Program-made: the position numbers and the translations under genes | The notes under the pieces: model-generated | The model's input: only the letters and a program-made list of their open reading frames with translations | What the model was told of the DNA's origin: nothing | Database searches by the model: none | In this document: in pieces, positions 1 through 9,202 of the stretch | Position numbering within the stretch: the first letter of the stretch is position 1 | Layout: each line of letters starts with the position of its first letter | DNA from: an uncultured Oscillospiraceae bacterium | Lineage (GTDB): Bacteria; Bacillota; Clostridia; Christensenellales; Aristaeellaceae | Length of the DNA stretch: 64,000 nt | NCBI GenBank assembly: GCA_964346155.1 | Contig: CAYFTJ010000001.1 | Coordinates: 47,105 to 111,104, forward strand | Reading direction: 5' to 3'

Positions 1-1235
1 GCAAACTTCCTGATGAAGGTAAAAAAACCTATTCAATCTTGCATCGTTTGAAAAATCGCATACGCAATCTATTTATATGTGAGAATTTTTTTACTTCATT
101 GGGCATTCGGTACTATGGTCCTTTTGATGGGCAGGATGAGCCACTGCTTGAAAAAATGATTTCTAAGGCACTGAAGATGAAAAAGCCTGTTTTATTACAC
201 GTGGTCACTACAAAAGGAGCAGGCTATGTTCCGGCGGAGCAGGAGCCTGAAAATATGCACGGTGTATCTCCCTTTGATTTGAACTCCGGATTGCCACGCC
301 AATCAGGAACGGAAGGTTTTGGTCAACATTTAGGTGAAGAGTTAACCCAATTAGCTAAAAAAGACAAGCGAATAGTAGTGATTTCCGCTGCAATGGTTTC
401 AGGAACAGGAATGAGTGAGTTTGCGAAAACTTTCCCCGATCGTCTTTTTGATGTGGGAATCGCAGAAGAACACGCCGTTACGATGGCGGCTGGTATGGCA
501 AAGGGAGGCCTTTTACCGGTGGTTGCCATTTATGATACTTTCATGCAGCGAGCCGTGGACCAGGTAATCGAAGATGTTTGTTTGCAAGATGCGCATGTGG
601 TTTTTTGCATGGACAGAGGGGGCCTAGGAGGTCAAGATGGCTCAACCCACCATGGTGTTTTTTCAAGCAATGTTTTTTCGGCCATCCCAAATCTAATCAT
701 CCTTGCACCAAGAAATGTTAAACAAGCTGTACAAATGCTCCATTGGGCGCTTTATGACAATAAGCATCCTGTGATGATTCGTTATCCCAAGCAGCAGGGC
801 AAAGAAAACATGTCCTATCCTGTAGGAGACTTTAATATTGATCGCTGGGAGAAATTGGAGAGCGGGGAAGACTTGGTGCTTGTTGCTCAAAGCGGCTTGG
901 TAGATGTTGCTATTGAGGTAAGGCGAAGGCTGAAAGATAAAGAATATCGAATCGGCCTGGTTAATGCGTACAGCTTAAAGCCCTTGGACACTACCTTTTT
1001 GAAAAACAATCGAGTTCCCATAGTTGTCCTTGAAGAACAACAGAAAATCGGCGGTTTGTTCTCTGCAATTAGTTCCTGGCATCAAGATAACAACGTCTTG
1101 TTACCCATTAAGAGTTTTGCGATTCCCGATGCGTTTGTTCAGCATGGGTCAAGATCTGATCTTTTGCATAGTTTAAAGCTCGATGCAAACAGTATTTTCG
1201 AAAACATTCTGCGGGATTTGGTGAAGAAGGAATGA
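1..1235 (+). CDS. dxs: 1-deoxy-D-xylulose-5-phosphate synthase, C-terminal part (5' end lies outside the window)
   Basis: The frame is open from nt 3 with no upstream stop. The translation (GIRYYGPFDGQDEPLLEKM, DVGIAEEHAVTMAAGMA) matches the Dxs transketolase-like PYR and C-terminal domains. Confidence 0.9.
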   Translation, partial: KLPDEGKKTYSILHRLKNRIRNLFICENFFTSLGIRYYGPFDGQDEPLLEKMISKALKMKKPVLLHVVTTKGAGYVPAEQEPENMHGVSPFDLNSGLPRQSGTEGFGQHLGEELTQLAKKDKRIVVISAAMVSGTGMSEFAKTFPDRLFDVGIAEEHAVTMAAGMAKGGLLPVVAIYDTFMQRAVDQVIEDVCLQDAHVVFCMDRGGLGGQDGSTHHGVFSSNVFSAIPNLIILAPRNVKQAVQMLHWALYDNKHPVMIRYPKQQGKENMSYPVGDFNIDRWEKLESGEDLVLVAQSGLVDVAIEVRRRLKDKEYRIGLVNAYSLKPLDTTFLKNNRVPIVVLEEQQKIGGLFSAISSWHQDNNVLLPIKSFAIPDAFVQHGSRSDLLHSLKLDANSIFENILRDLVKKE

Positions 1236-2026
1236 AAAAACGTGCAGATATGCTGTTGGTTGAGCAGGGATTAATAGACAGCAGGCAAAAGGCTCAGAAA
1301 TTGATTATGGAGGGAAGAGTCTATCAAAATGAAGTCAAGATTATTAAAGCCTCCGAAATGCTGGATAGTACAGAAATTCTTCAAATTCGTGGTGAATTAA
1401 ACCCTTTTGTGAGCCGTGGTGGACACAAGCTGCAAAAGGCAATCGAATATTTCGAGGCAGATGTAAAGAATCTGATCTGTTTGGATATTGGCGCGGCAAC
1501 AGGCGGCTTTACTGATGTTTTGCTAAGAGCAGGAGCACAGCATGTATATGCAGTTGATGTTGGCTATGGACAGTTGGATTGGAGCTTGCGCAACGACAGT
1601 CGTGTTACCGTTATGGAAAGGACCAACGCACGAAATTTAACCCTTGAAATGTTCAACCAGCAACCACAGTTAACTGTTATAGACGTGTCTTTTATCAGCA
1701 TTAAACTTCTTCTCCCTTTATTGGCCAATATTATGGGAGAACAAGGGAGATTCTTAACGCTTATTAAGCCGCAATTTGAAGCGGGGAAAGAGCAGGTGGG
1801 CAAAAACGGTGTTGTGCGTAATCCGCAAGTCCATCAGCGGGTATTAGAGGAGATCAATCAATTTTGTTTCGGATTTGGGTGGCATCTTAATGGTTTGACT
1901 TTTTCGCCGATAAAAGGTCCCAAAGGCAACATTGAATTTCTTGCCGATATACTTCCCGGAGAGAAAATCTGTATTTCTCAGCAACAAATTCAACAATTGG
2001 TTCGTGAGGCTCATGAAAAGCTATAA
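1232..2026 (+). CDS. tlyA: TlyA-family rRNA 2'-O-methyltransferase (S4-like domain plus FtsJ-like SAM methyltransferase)
   Basis: It has an N-terminal S4-like segment (RADMLLVEQGL..SRQKAQKLI) and a SAM motif (LDIGAATGGFTDVLL). It overlaps the dxs stop by 4 nt, matching the dxs-tlyA synteny typical of Bacillota. Confidence 0.85.
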   Translation: MKKRADMLLVEQGLIDSRQKAQKLIMEGRVYQNEVKIIKASEMLDSTEILQIRGELNPFVSRGGHKLQKAIEYFEADVKNLICLDIGAATGGFTDVLLRAGAQHVYAVDVGYGQLDWSLRNDSRVTVMERTNARNLTLEMFNQQPQLTVIDVSFISIKLLLPLLANIMGEQGRFLTLIKPQFEAGKEQVGKNGVVRNPQVHQRVLEEINQFCFGFGWHLNGLTFSPIKGPKGNIEFLADILPGEKICISQQQIQQLVREAHEKL

Positions 2027-2098
2027 ATTCTCTTTATTTTTTTAAAAAATCATGGTACAATAAACACAATAAATATGATAATAGAAAGGAACAGGCCC

Positions 2099-2602
2099 AT
2101 GAAAAAACTAACATATTCTTTAATAGCGCTTATTCTTGTCATTTGTGTTGTAAGCGCCGCCTTTTTCTTTAAGCTCTCTTCTACCACCAAGCTTTTGGAT
2201 GAAGCTAACGAGCGAATTAACAGTTTGACAGAAACCATTGAAGGGCTAAATCTTGAAAAAGACCAGTGGGATGTTGAGAAGCTTCAATTGGGACAGTCCA
2301 TCAGCACCGTTCGTTCTTCCCTTATCGATACGCTTACCAATCTAGACAGTATAGGGGCTTTAATTGGGCTTGAAAGCGAAGTACAAGCCTTGGAGGCAAT
2401 TGAAGAAACTGTTGCCCCTAAGGAAGAAGAAAAAACCGTCGATGCTACCCAAAAACCTGAAGAAACAGAAACTGCCGACAAAGCGACCAAAGAACCCGTA
2501 AAAACAGAAAGCAGCACTGCGGTTTCTACGCCAGAGGCTACTCCTGATAAGCAGACTGCTGAACCCAAGGAAGCTACACCTACTCCTGCGAAAACCAAAT
2601 GA
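2099..2602 (+). CDS. Membrane-anchored coiled-coil protein with an E/K/T/P-rich tail (hypothetical)
   Basis: ATG 2099 is preceded by gaaagga. The product has an N-terminal hydrophobic helix (LIALILVICVVSAAFFF), heptad-like repeats and a low-complexity tail. No family was recognised. Confidence 0.5.
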   Translation: MKKLTYSLIALILVICVVSAAFFFKLSSTTKLLDEANERINSLTETIEGLNLEKDQWDVEKLQLGQSISTVRSSLIDTLTNLDSIGALIGLESEVQALEAIEETVAPKEEEKTVDATQKPEETETADKATKEPVKTESSTAVSTPEATPDKQTAEPKEATPTPAKTK

Positions 2603-2632
2603 TGGTCTAAATATATCTAAGGCGAGTTTAAT

Positions 2633-2664
2633 AAAACCGATGGATCTTTTCATCGGTTTTTTAT
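2633..2664. terminator. Rho-independent terminator hairpin between convergent genes
   Basis: The sequence aaaaccgatg-gatctttt-catcggtttttt forms a stem flanked by an A-run and a T-run, so it can function on both strands. Confidence 0.6.
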
Positions 2665-2680
2665 GTTTCTTTAGAATTAT

Positions 2681-3448
2681 TTATTGGACATCATGTTCCT
2701 GTTTAATATATTCATACATCATCACAGCAGCGGCAATGGCAGCATTTAAGCTTTCAGCCTGGCCGGGCATCGGAATTTTAACAAGGGAAGTTGCCATATC
2801 AAGTATTTCCTGATCTAAGCCTTTACCTTCATTACCGATAAGGAAGCAAATGGGATAAGGAGCCATTTGCCTTGTATATAGGTTTTCACCTTCTAGAGCA
2901 CCTGCAAAGACTTTATGGCTTTTTAAATGGCTGCTTTTGTCCAGTAAAGATTTTGTTTGGATAATGTTTATCCGAAAGATTGCTCCCATGGAGGCACGAA
3001 TGGCCTTTGAACTATAGGGATCGGCTGTTTTTTCGTCGATGATAAGTGTATCAAAACCTGTGGCGTCCATGGTGCGTAAAATGGTCCCGACATTACCGGG
3101 ATCTTGTAAGGCATTGAGGGCGACTACCTTTTTGCCTATAGAGGTTTCTGCTCTTTCCGGAATATCACAAAGCGAAAGGATTCCCTGAGGTGTTTTGGTA
3201 TCTGATAATTTTGATAGGGCAGAGGGTGAAAGTAAGTTCACGGGAAGAGAGCTGTTGATTAGATTTTCGAATTTTTCAACACAGGTGTCAGCGCAGAGGA
3301 GACAAATAGCACGTTTTTCCCGGATGCTTTCCTCGACCATATGTTCCCCTTCAGCTAAAAAACGCCCGGTTGCCTTACGGGCTCGTGCTGTGTTAAGCGC
3401 AGCAAGCTCTTTGACTTGCCTTGCGGTTAGATACTGGAATTTAGCCAT
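2681..3448 (-). CDS. TrmH/SpoU-family RNA 2'-O-methyltransferase
   Basis: SpoU methyltransferase motifs are present (LQDPGNVGTILRTMDATG, FLIGNEGKGL, IPMPGQAESLNAAIAAAV), with an N-terminal substrate-binding-like domain. The start lacks its own Shine-Dalgarno motif and overlaps the upstream ORF by 22 nt. Confidence 0.85.
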   Translation of the reverse strand: MAKFQYLTARQVKELAALNTARARKATGRFLAEGEHMVEESIREKRAICLLCADTCVEKFENLINSSLPVNLLSPSALSKLSDTKTPQGILSLCDIPERAETSIGKKVVALNALQDPGNVGTILRTMDATGFDTLIIDEKTADPYSSKAIRASMGAIFRINIIQTKSLLDKSSHLKSHKVFAGALEGENLYTRQMAPYPICFLIGNEGKGLDQEILDMATSLVKIPMPGQAESLNAAIAAAVMMYEYIKQEHDVQ

Positions 3449-5544
3449 TGGAAAGTAAGGGGGAGAGTTGAAGGCTCTTCATTTCTTAAGGCATCCTGAA
3501 GCGGTAATTGATAAAAAATAGCAAAAGGAACAAGGATAGAAACAATCGCAAAGTCAAGCGCTGCCGCAATTCCACCCGAAAGTAAGGGAGAAGCAAATCT
3601 TAAATAGGTAGAAAGGCGCTGCTGTAAAAGAAGCGGGACAGGTCTTCCTTCATAAGATAGGAAAGTATAAAGCTCCTCAAGTAAATCTTCAGCGCTTTGA
3701 GGCAAGGTATGCAGTTGTTGACTTTCTAATGCTTGATATACACTTTGCAGGCATACAGGTATTTCATCAGGCAAATGATTCCAATGTTTGGCTTTTATAC
3801 TTATACGAATCAGAGGCCACTGCGCCCATTCATATATAGGCCCTAAGGGTGAATATTGCTTAGAAATGACCAGACATGTGTATGGAACCTCATGTTTAGA
3901 AGGTTCTTCAACCAAAGCAAACGCCATTCCGTTACTGCCCGATAAATAAGTTGGGGTTTCTCCTTTGGCAAGAGGACCGGTCTCGGCGGCTCCTAATGCG
4001 GAGGATAAGCAACGAGCCGCGAGCAGACTGTCAGCGAGGCTGTCAGAACAAAGCTGTAGAGTAGGAAAGATAGCAAGCAAGCACATTAGATGGACAGCAT
4101 CATTCTGGCTGCAGACAAAACCCTTGGCTTTCAGATGCGTACATATATCCTGAAAGATTTCTTGTAATTCCTTTTCTTCGGCCGCGTCCGGAGACAACAA
4201 ATGAGGCAGGCCGCCTATGCTTTCCAGGTCTCTGATAAGGCGATTACGCTCTTCCAGGAGCCTTGTCTGTTGCTCTTGTAACTGTAAACACTGTTCTTTA
4301 AAAGCGGCTTGCTGCATAGATAATTGCTCAACATCTTTTTGTGCTTTTTCTTTTAGGTGTTTAGTGACTTTCAGTTCTAGTTCTTTTTCTTCACCGCGAT
4401 ATCTTTCAATCTGCATCATTAAAGATAGGCGGTCGGCTTCCAAGTCTTCCAGTTGCTGTTTAAAAGCCGTTACTGGTGTGCTTTGTCCAGTTTCAGCAAT
4501 CGCGGAAGATATTAAGCTTTGTGCTGAAGGTAACTGAATCAAATACTTTATTGCCTGATCACGAGTCTCTGGCACAGTCCAAACCTGGTCAATCGTCTGC
4601 TTATATCGATCCACTGGCGTGTTAACAGTTGAGCGCCTAGCTTTTTGTGAGGTGTTGGCTCCTAAATCTTCAAGCCGGCTGTCTCTTGAAAAACGACCGA
4701 CAATACCGCTTAAACGACTGCGTGATTTATATACAGAATTTTCCTTATTTCCGCAAGAGTAAAGGGGAGTGCCTTTGGAGTTTGTGCCGCCATCAGATAT
4801 TTCAGGCATAGGGAGCAGGACAGGTCTTTCATTGGTTTTTAAGGAATTAGGGAGTGAAGGCAATGATTTGGCGATTTCCTCAATGATATTTTGAGCGCTT
4901 CCATTTACTGTGTTAACGGTTTCAGGAGTGGCTTCGATAAACTTATCGGCAGTTGGTACAGTTTCAGCAAAGGTTTCGATTTGGGAGGACGCCCAGAAAA
5001 ACAAGCTTTCTTCTCCGGTGGGCAATTTCACAGTAAATAGCCTGTCTGAGTCTGGAGGCAGACAAGATTGGGGTCCATAAGGAGCACCTGTTTTTGGGTC
5101 GTAAGGGCCTTCGATATGACCTCCATCCCTAAAGTAGCATAGAGGGGTAAAGCAGTTTTCAACAGGTTCTCCCGTTTTGCCTGTTACAACATGAAAAATA
5201 AACTCAGCAGGCAAAGCCTTGATAGCATCTGAATAAATAATAAACTGATGGGTTTCGCCGGACTCCGGCGAATAGTTTCTATTCGCCCTGATTTTATTGG
5301 CATGGGGTGGAAAAGATTCTAAATCAATCAAACAACATTTGCCCAAAGAACTCATTCTCTCTTTGAAGGTAAAGCGCTCGTTTTTGTCAGGAACAATTCG
5401 TAGGAAGCCATTGTCGGGGAACTCTTTAACCGCATCCTCAACACAAGCTCCTTCGCTGGTCAGCAAAGGGAGTGCATGAAAATAGACGCGCTCGGGATTA
5501 TCTTCTTCAAGCAAAGCTAGCATAATTTTTTGGTGGTAAAACAT
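3427..5544 (-). CDS. Large hypothetical protein (about 705 aa): globular N-terminal domain, S/T/R-rich linker, long coiled coil, C-terminal alpha/beta-like domain
   Basis: The ORF is uninterrupted. I prefer ATG 5544 (MFYHQ), preceded by ggaaggtg, over the ORF-track ATG at 5559. The stop overlaps the trmH-family start. I recognised no family. Confidence 0.6.
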   Translation of the reverse strand: MFYHQKIMLALLEEDNPERVYFHALPLLTSEGACVEDAVKEFPDNGFLRIVPDKNERFTFKERMSSLGKCCLIDLESFPPHANKIRANRNYSPESGETHQFIIYSDAIKALPAEFIFHVVTGKTGEPVENCFTPLCYFRDGGHIEGPYDPKTGAPYGPQSCLPPDSDRLFTVKLPTGEESLFFWASSQIETFAETVPTADKFIEATPETVNTVNGSAQNIIEEIAKSLPSLPNSLKTNERPVLLPMPEISDGGTNSKGTPLYSCGNKENSVYKSRSRLSGIVGRFSRDSRLEDLGANTSQKARRSTVNTPVDRYKQTIDQVWTVPETRDQAIKYLIQLPSAQSLISSAIAETGQSTPVTAFKQQLEDLEADRLSLMMQIERYRGEEKELELKVTKHLKEKAQKDVEQLSMQQAAFKEQCLQLQEQQTRLLEERNRLIRDLESIGGLPHLLSPDAAEEKELQEIFQDICTHLKAKGFVCSQNDAVHLMCLLAIFPTLQLCSDSLADSLLAARCLSSALGAAETGPLAKGETPTYLSGSNGMAFALVEEPSKHEVPYTCLVISKQYSPLGPIYEWAQWPLIRISIKAKHWNHLPDEIPVCLQSVYQALESQQLHTLPQSAEDLLEELYTFLSYEGRPVPLLLQQRLSTYLRFASPLLSGGIAAALDFAIVSILVPFAIFYQLPLQDALRNEEPSTLPLTFQWLNSSI

Positions 5545-5574
5545 AAGCACACCTTCCATATAAATGTCTATTTA

Positions 5575-5603
5575 ATGATAGCTGATGGTTTTTCTTGCGT
5601 CAA
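5575..5603 (-). promoter_or_regulatory. Putative sigma-A promoter for the orphan-protein/trmH-family operon
   Basis: On the minus strand it reads TTGACG-17 nt-TATCAT, located between the upstream terminator and the start codon. Confidence 0.4.
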
Positions 5604-5640
5604 GGGAAATATCATCTGAAAGAAAAATCTCTTAACACTA

Positions 5641-5665
5641 AAAAACGGGCATTAGGCCCGTTTTA
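5641..5665 (-). terminator. Rho-independent terminator downstream of the VanY-like gene
   Basis: The minus strand reads aaaacgggcctaatgcccgttttt, a GC stem followed by a T-run. Confidence 0.6.
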
Positions 5666-5677
5666 ATCATGAGTTAT

Positions 5678-6859
5678 TTAGTATGTAATGGCACAAACCA
5701 GTCCGCCCATATTGTCAGTAGAAACGAAGAAATGAGCAGCGCTGGTGGGGATGTCATGCGTTTGATCACTTCCGGTTTCAGGGATTCGGTATATTTCGTA
5801 GCGAAGAACACCGTTTTCATACACTAAGATATGAGGGTTTTTGATCAAATAATCGATATACTCTTCAAGAACAAAGTCCTTAATATGCATAACAGTGGCG
5901 TGGGGCACACCGACATAGCGATAAGCGTTCATTTTGAGTTTGGAATTAAGGCCAGTAATATAGCTTTTGTCGATCGTATCGGCGGTAGGATAACCAATCG
6001 TTGGGAAACGGAACACAATGCCATACTTCCATCCCTCTTCATTTAAGAAGGTGGCCTGCTCAGTTTCTTGAAACTTCGTGGTGTTAATCACACTGTCATC
6101 TTTGTTATATACATCCATTTCAAAAGAGAAACCGGATTGATAGTCACTGGTACCGGGATAAGACACATTTTGTCTGGCTGCTTCAATTAAACCCTCGCCT
6201 TCTCTGTTTGGATAGCGGGCGATTTCAGTATTCCAGTATTTTGTTTGGGTTTCCATCGTACGATATCCCTGACGAACGATGTAGTGTTCCAGTCCTTGCT
6301 CTTTTGCGGCATTAACAAACTGAGACAAGGCGTTGATTGCTTCGGGGAAAAGAGAAACGTTACGACTTGAAACGGGTACTTTAAAGTTGGTCTCTGTACC
6401 TACGCTTTTAAGGGTTTGTTCTGCAACGACAAAATCACTCGGCAGTGCATGCCAACGATTAAGAAGCAGCAAACCGCCTGACAGCGCATCAAGACGGGAT
6501 GTTGTGATGGTTTGTCCGCCTTTTACGGGAACGGTTGACGCATCGATAATATCCCAGCCTTCCTGCGCAGGTTCAGGCAATACAATTTCCTGCGATTGAG
6601 ACATCAATTCATTGCGCTCCAATACTTTTTCATTATATTGAGCAATGAGCTGGTTGTTCTCTTCTTCAATTTTCTTTTGTAAAGCAAGGTGTCTGGCGTC
6701 CTGCGCGCTTGAAAGCAAGCGGTGACCAACCATGAAACCTAAAAAAAGCACGCACAATAAGACGGTAATCCAAATTAATTTTTTGTATGGATCTCCTTTA
6801 GGAACCTGTGCTGATTTTTTGTTCTGAACATTTTCGTTCAATTCATTTCTTTCAGACAT
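5678..6859 (-). CDS. VanY/M15B D-Ala-D-Ala carboxypeptidase-like protein with an N-terminal membrane anchor; zinc-ligand positions appear substituted
   Basis: Family landmarks QGYRTMETQ, PGTSDYQSGFSFEMD, WKYGIVFRFP and AYRYVG are present. The TM helix is LIWITVLLCVLFLGFMV. I prefer the start at ATG 6859 (MSERNE), preceded by aaaggtg. Confidence 0.7.
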   Translation of the reverse strand: MSERNELNENVQNKKSAQVPKGDPYKKLIWITVLLCVLFLGFMVGHRLLSSAQDARHLALQKKIEEENNQLIAQYNEKVLERNELMSQSQEIVLPEPAQEGWDIIDASTVPVKGGQTITTSRLDALSGGLLLLNRWHALPSDFVVAEQTLKSVGTETNFKVPVSSRNVSLFPEAINALSQFVNAAKEQGLEHYIVRQGYRTMETQTKYWNTEIARYPNREGEGLIEAARQNVSYPGTSDYQSGFSFEMDVYNKDDSVINTTKFQETEQATFLNEEGWKYGIVFRFPTIGYPTADTIDKSYITGLNSKLKMNAYRYVGVPHATVMHIKDFVLEEYIDYLIKNPHILVYENGVLRYEIYRIPETGSDQTHDIPTSAAHFFVSTDNMGGLVCAITY

Positions 6860-6963
6860 TTTTATCACCTTTCCGCGCATGACGCAGGTTATCATAATAG
6901 GCTATATTATTTATATCAAAACTATGAATAATTGTCAAATAAAAATGAAGAAAAAATGATATT

Positions 6964-7221
6964 TCAAGCGTTTTCCAATAACAGCCCTTCGAGGGCTTCA
7001 TAGGCAGCTTCTTGATCCTCCCCCTCAATACGTATTGTCAGCTCCTCGTCTTGAAAGGACATCATAGCCAGTACACCAAGCAGCGAACGGCCATTTATAT
7101 GTGTGGAACCATGCATATAATAGCAGTTTGAAGAAAAGCGATTAATGCATTGAACAAGCTGTGTTGCACGTTCTCTTGTATAGGGGTGCAATACGTTAAA
7201 AGGAAAGGTCCGTTCAATCAT
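6964..7221 (-). CDS. HPr-family phosphocarrier-like protein (Crh-like)
   Basis: The 85-aa product aligns to HPr/Crh. It retains the Ser46 context (INGRSLLGVL) and sits immediately downstream of whiA, as crh does in B. subtilis. Confidence 0.7.
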   Translation of the reverse strand: MIERTFPFNVLHPYTRERATQLVQCINRFSSNCYYMHGSTHINGRSLLGVLAMMSFQDEELTIRIEGEDQEAAYEALEGLLLENA

Positions 7222-8195
7222 CTCTTTGCTCCTTTGTGTTGCGTAGGTTCAGGGGAGTGAATTGTTTCTGATAGTTTTTGCAGCTGATTAAGCTGTTTTT
7301 GGATGGTCGATTTGCTTAAGGGAGGATTTGCTTTCCGACCTAATTCCTGCATGGAAAGTTCCGGATATGACAGACGTAATCTTGCGAGTCTTTCAAGCCT
7401 GTTAGGCAGAGCGCTTAATCCGATAAAGTGAGAAATTTTGTTGATGGCTGCCATTTGCCTTGCTGAAGCAGCCAGTTGTTTATTCATGTTAGCAGTGTCA
7501 CAGTTAAGGGTTCGATTCACTCTAAGACTGACTTCCTTTTCCGTGCGTACATTTTCCAGCGCTAGAACAGCTTTATATGCTTCAATGACAGCCAGAAAGT
7601 CGGAAATGGTTTCTGCCTGCTTCATGTAAACAATCTGTTTATCTCTGCGGGATTTTACACTTGTCTGTAATTGAAAGGTCATCATGACGCGTTGGAGAAA
7701 CTTCGCTCTAGACTCATTTGAAATGACGAATTCTGCTCCCATTTCTTTTTGAGGATCACTGATGGTTCCGCAACCAAGAAAAGCACCTCGGATAAAGGAG
7801 CGGGCACAACAGTTACGTCTAAGAATACCTTGCTGCAATCCTCGGAAAATTTCTTGTCCGCTTTCACTTTTTGAAAGCATTCCCAAAGCACGCATCAGAA
7901 ACCTTGATTCGTTGGCATCAAGGCGAATGATAGCTTGCTCTAAACCCCCAAACCGGGGCAAGATACGAAAACGTGTTATTGGATGTAATTGAAATCCAAA
8001 GCGTAACAAGGCAATCATTCTGCGAGCTGTAGGCAGACTGCTTGTCTGAAAAGAAAGAAGTAAGCGTTTTCCTGTTTGAATGGAAAGCTTGCCTGATGAC
8101 TGTGTCAATGCATTGATTTCCGCAAGAACGCAACATTCTTTTGGAAGGGAAACGGCAGCTACTTCCTGCTTAACCTCGGTGGAGAAGCTGCTCAT
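7218..8195 (-). CDS. whiA: DNA-binding protein WhiA
   Basis: The N-terminus (MSSFSTEVKQE) is typical of WhiA. It has a LAGLIDADG-like middle domain and a C-terminal HTH (MQELGRKANPPLSKSTIQKQL). It overlaps both neighbouring genes by 4 nt. Confidence 0.9.
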   Translation of the reverse strand: MSSFSTEVKQEVAAVSLPKECCVLAEINALTQSSGKLSIQTGKRLLLSFQTSSLPTARRMIALLRFGFQLHPITRFRILPRFGGLEQAIIRLDANESRFLMRALGMLSKSESGQEIFRGLQQGILRRNCCARSFIRGAFLGCGTISDPQKEMGAEFVISNESRAKFLQRVMMTFQLQTSVKSRRDKQIVYMKQAETISDFLAVIEAYKAVLALENVRTEKEVSLRVNRTLNCDTANMNKQLAASARQMAAINKISHFIGLSALPNRLERLARLRLSYPELSMQELGRKANPPLSKSTIQKQLNQLQKLSETIHSPEPTQHKGAKR

Positions 8196-9094
8196 AACAG
8201 CTGAACTTCTGTTTCCAGTCGAATGCCGTATTGCTCATGGATTGTATTTTGGATGATATGGCATAGCTGCAAGAAATCAGCAGAAGTTGCATTGCCGGCA
8301 TTCACCAAAAAACCCGCATGTTTTTCACTCACCATGGCGCCATTCACCCGGAAACCTTTTAAGCCCGCCTGTTCGATCAAAGCACCGGCATAATGTCCCG
8401 GCGGGCGTTTAAAAAAAGAACCGGCACTGGGAAATTCCAGCGGCTGTTTTTGTTTTCTGGAAAGGTTATATTTTTGCATCAAGTCCAATATTTCAGTTTT
8501 ATGTCCGGCTTGTAATTGTAAAGTGACTGAAAGAATGATTAAACCCTCGTCAATGGCTCTTGATTTTCGGTAACCGAAGTCCATTTCATTTTTGGTAAGA
8601 ATTACAATGTTGTTGTTTTGATCAATGCAGCGACAAGAAATAAAGACTGAATCAATGCTGCATTCATAAGCGCCGGCATTCATAAACACAGCGCCACCGA
8701 TGCTTCCGGGGATACCGCAGGCGAATTCAAGTCCGGACAAGCCGCGATTTGCCGCTTCGTAGGAACATTGGATAATCGGAATACCGGCTTCACATTGCAA
8801 CATGAACCCGTCAAAAGACAGATCTCTCATGTACTTGGTCAAAATGATAAGTAATCCATCAAAACCTTCGTCTTTTGCAAGAACATTGGAGCCAAAACCA
8901 AGCACATGAAAGGGGAGATGGAGTCCACGGGCGGCTTGAACTGCTTGAACAACCTCGTCTTCGCTTTTGGGGTAGCAAACTAAACGGGCCGGTCCACCCA
9001 CTTTAATAGTTGTTAGGCTTGACAGTGGTACATTCTTTTCCCATTCAATAAAAGGCAAAGAATCAATTAACTTCAGTAATTTTCCCTGATTCAT
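8192..9094 (-). CDS. murB: UDP-N-acetylenolpyruvoylglucosamine reductase
   Basis: MurB landmarks are present: an FAD-binding domain (TTIKVGGPA, VLGFGSNVL) and the C-terminal domain (PSAGSFFKRP, GGAMVSEKHAGFLVN). Confidence 0.9.
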   Translation of the reverse strand: MNQGKLLKLIDSLPFIEWEKNVPLSSLTTIKVGGPARLVCYPKSEDEVVQAVQAARGLHLPFHVLGFGSNVLAKDEGFDGLLIILTKYMRDLSFDGFMLQCEAGIPIIQCSYEAANRGLSGLEFACGIPGSIGGAVFMNAGAYECSIDSVFISCRCIDQNNNIVILTKNEMDFGYRKSRAIDEGLIILSVTLQLQAGHKTEILDLMQKYNLSRKQKQPLEFPSAGSFFKRPPGHYAGALIEQAGLKGFRVNGAMVSEKHAGFLVNAGNATSADFLQLCHIIQNTIHEQYGIRLETEVQLL

Positions 9095-9146
9095 ATTTCC
9101 CCCTTAATCTGTCTTATTATACCATTAACTGTCTGCTTGATACAAG

Positions 9147-9175
9147 TTGCTAAGATAGAGAATATTCTGTATAAT
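9147..9175 (+). promoter_or_regulatory. Putative sigma-A promoter for murC-lepA
   Basis: It reads TTGCTA-17 nt-TATAAT, about 28 nt upstream of the murC start. Confidence 0.45.
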
Positions 9176-9202
9176 CTTAGTATTCCTAAGGAAGGATGAG
9201 AC

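Noticed and set aside
2284-2653. Two antisense ORFs (104 and 97 aa) opposite the E/K/T/P-rich tail of the 2099-2602 gene.
   Set aside because: Low-complexity purine-rich coding sequence leaves several frames open. There are no start signals, and one ORF runs through the terminator hairpin.
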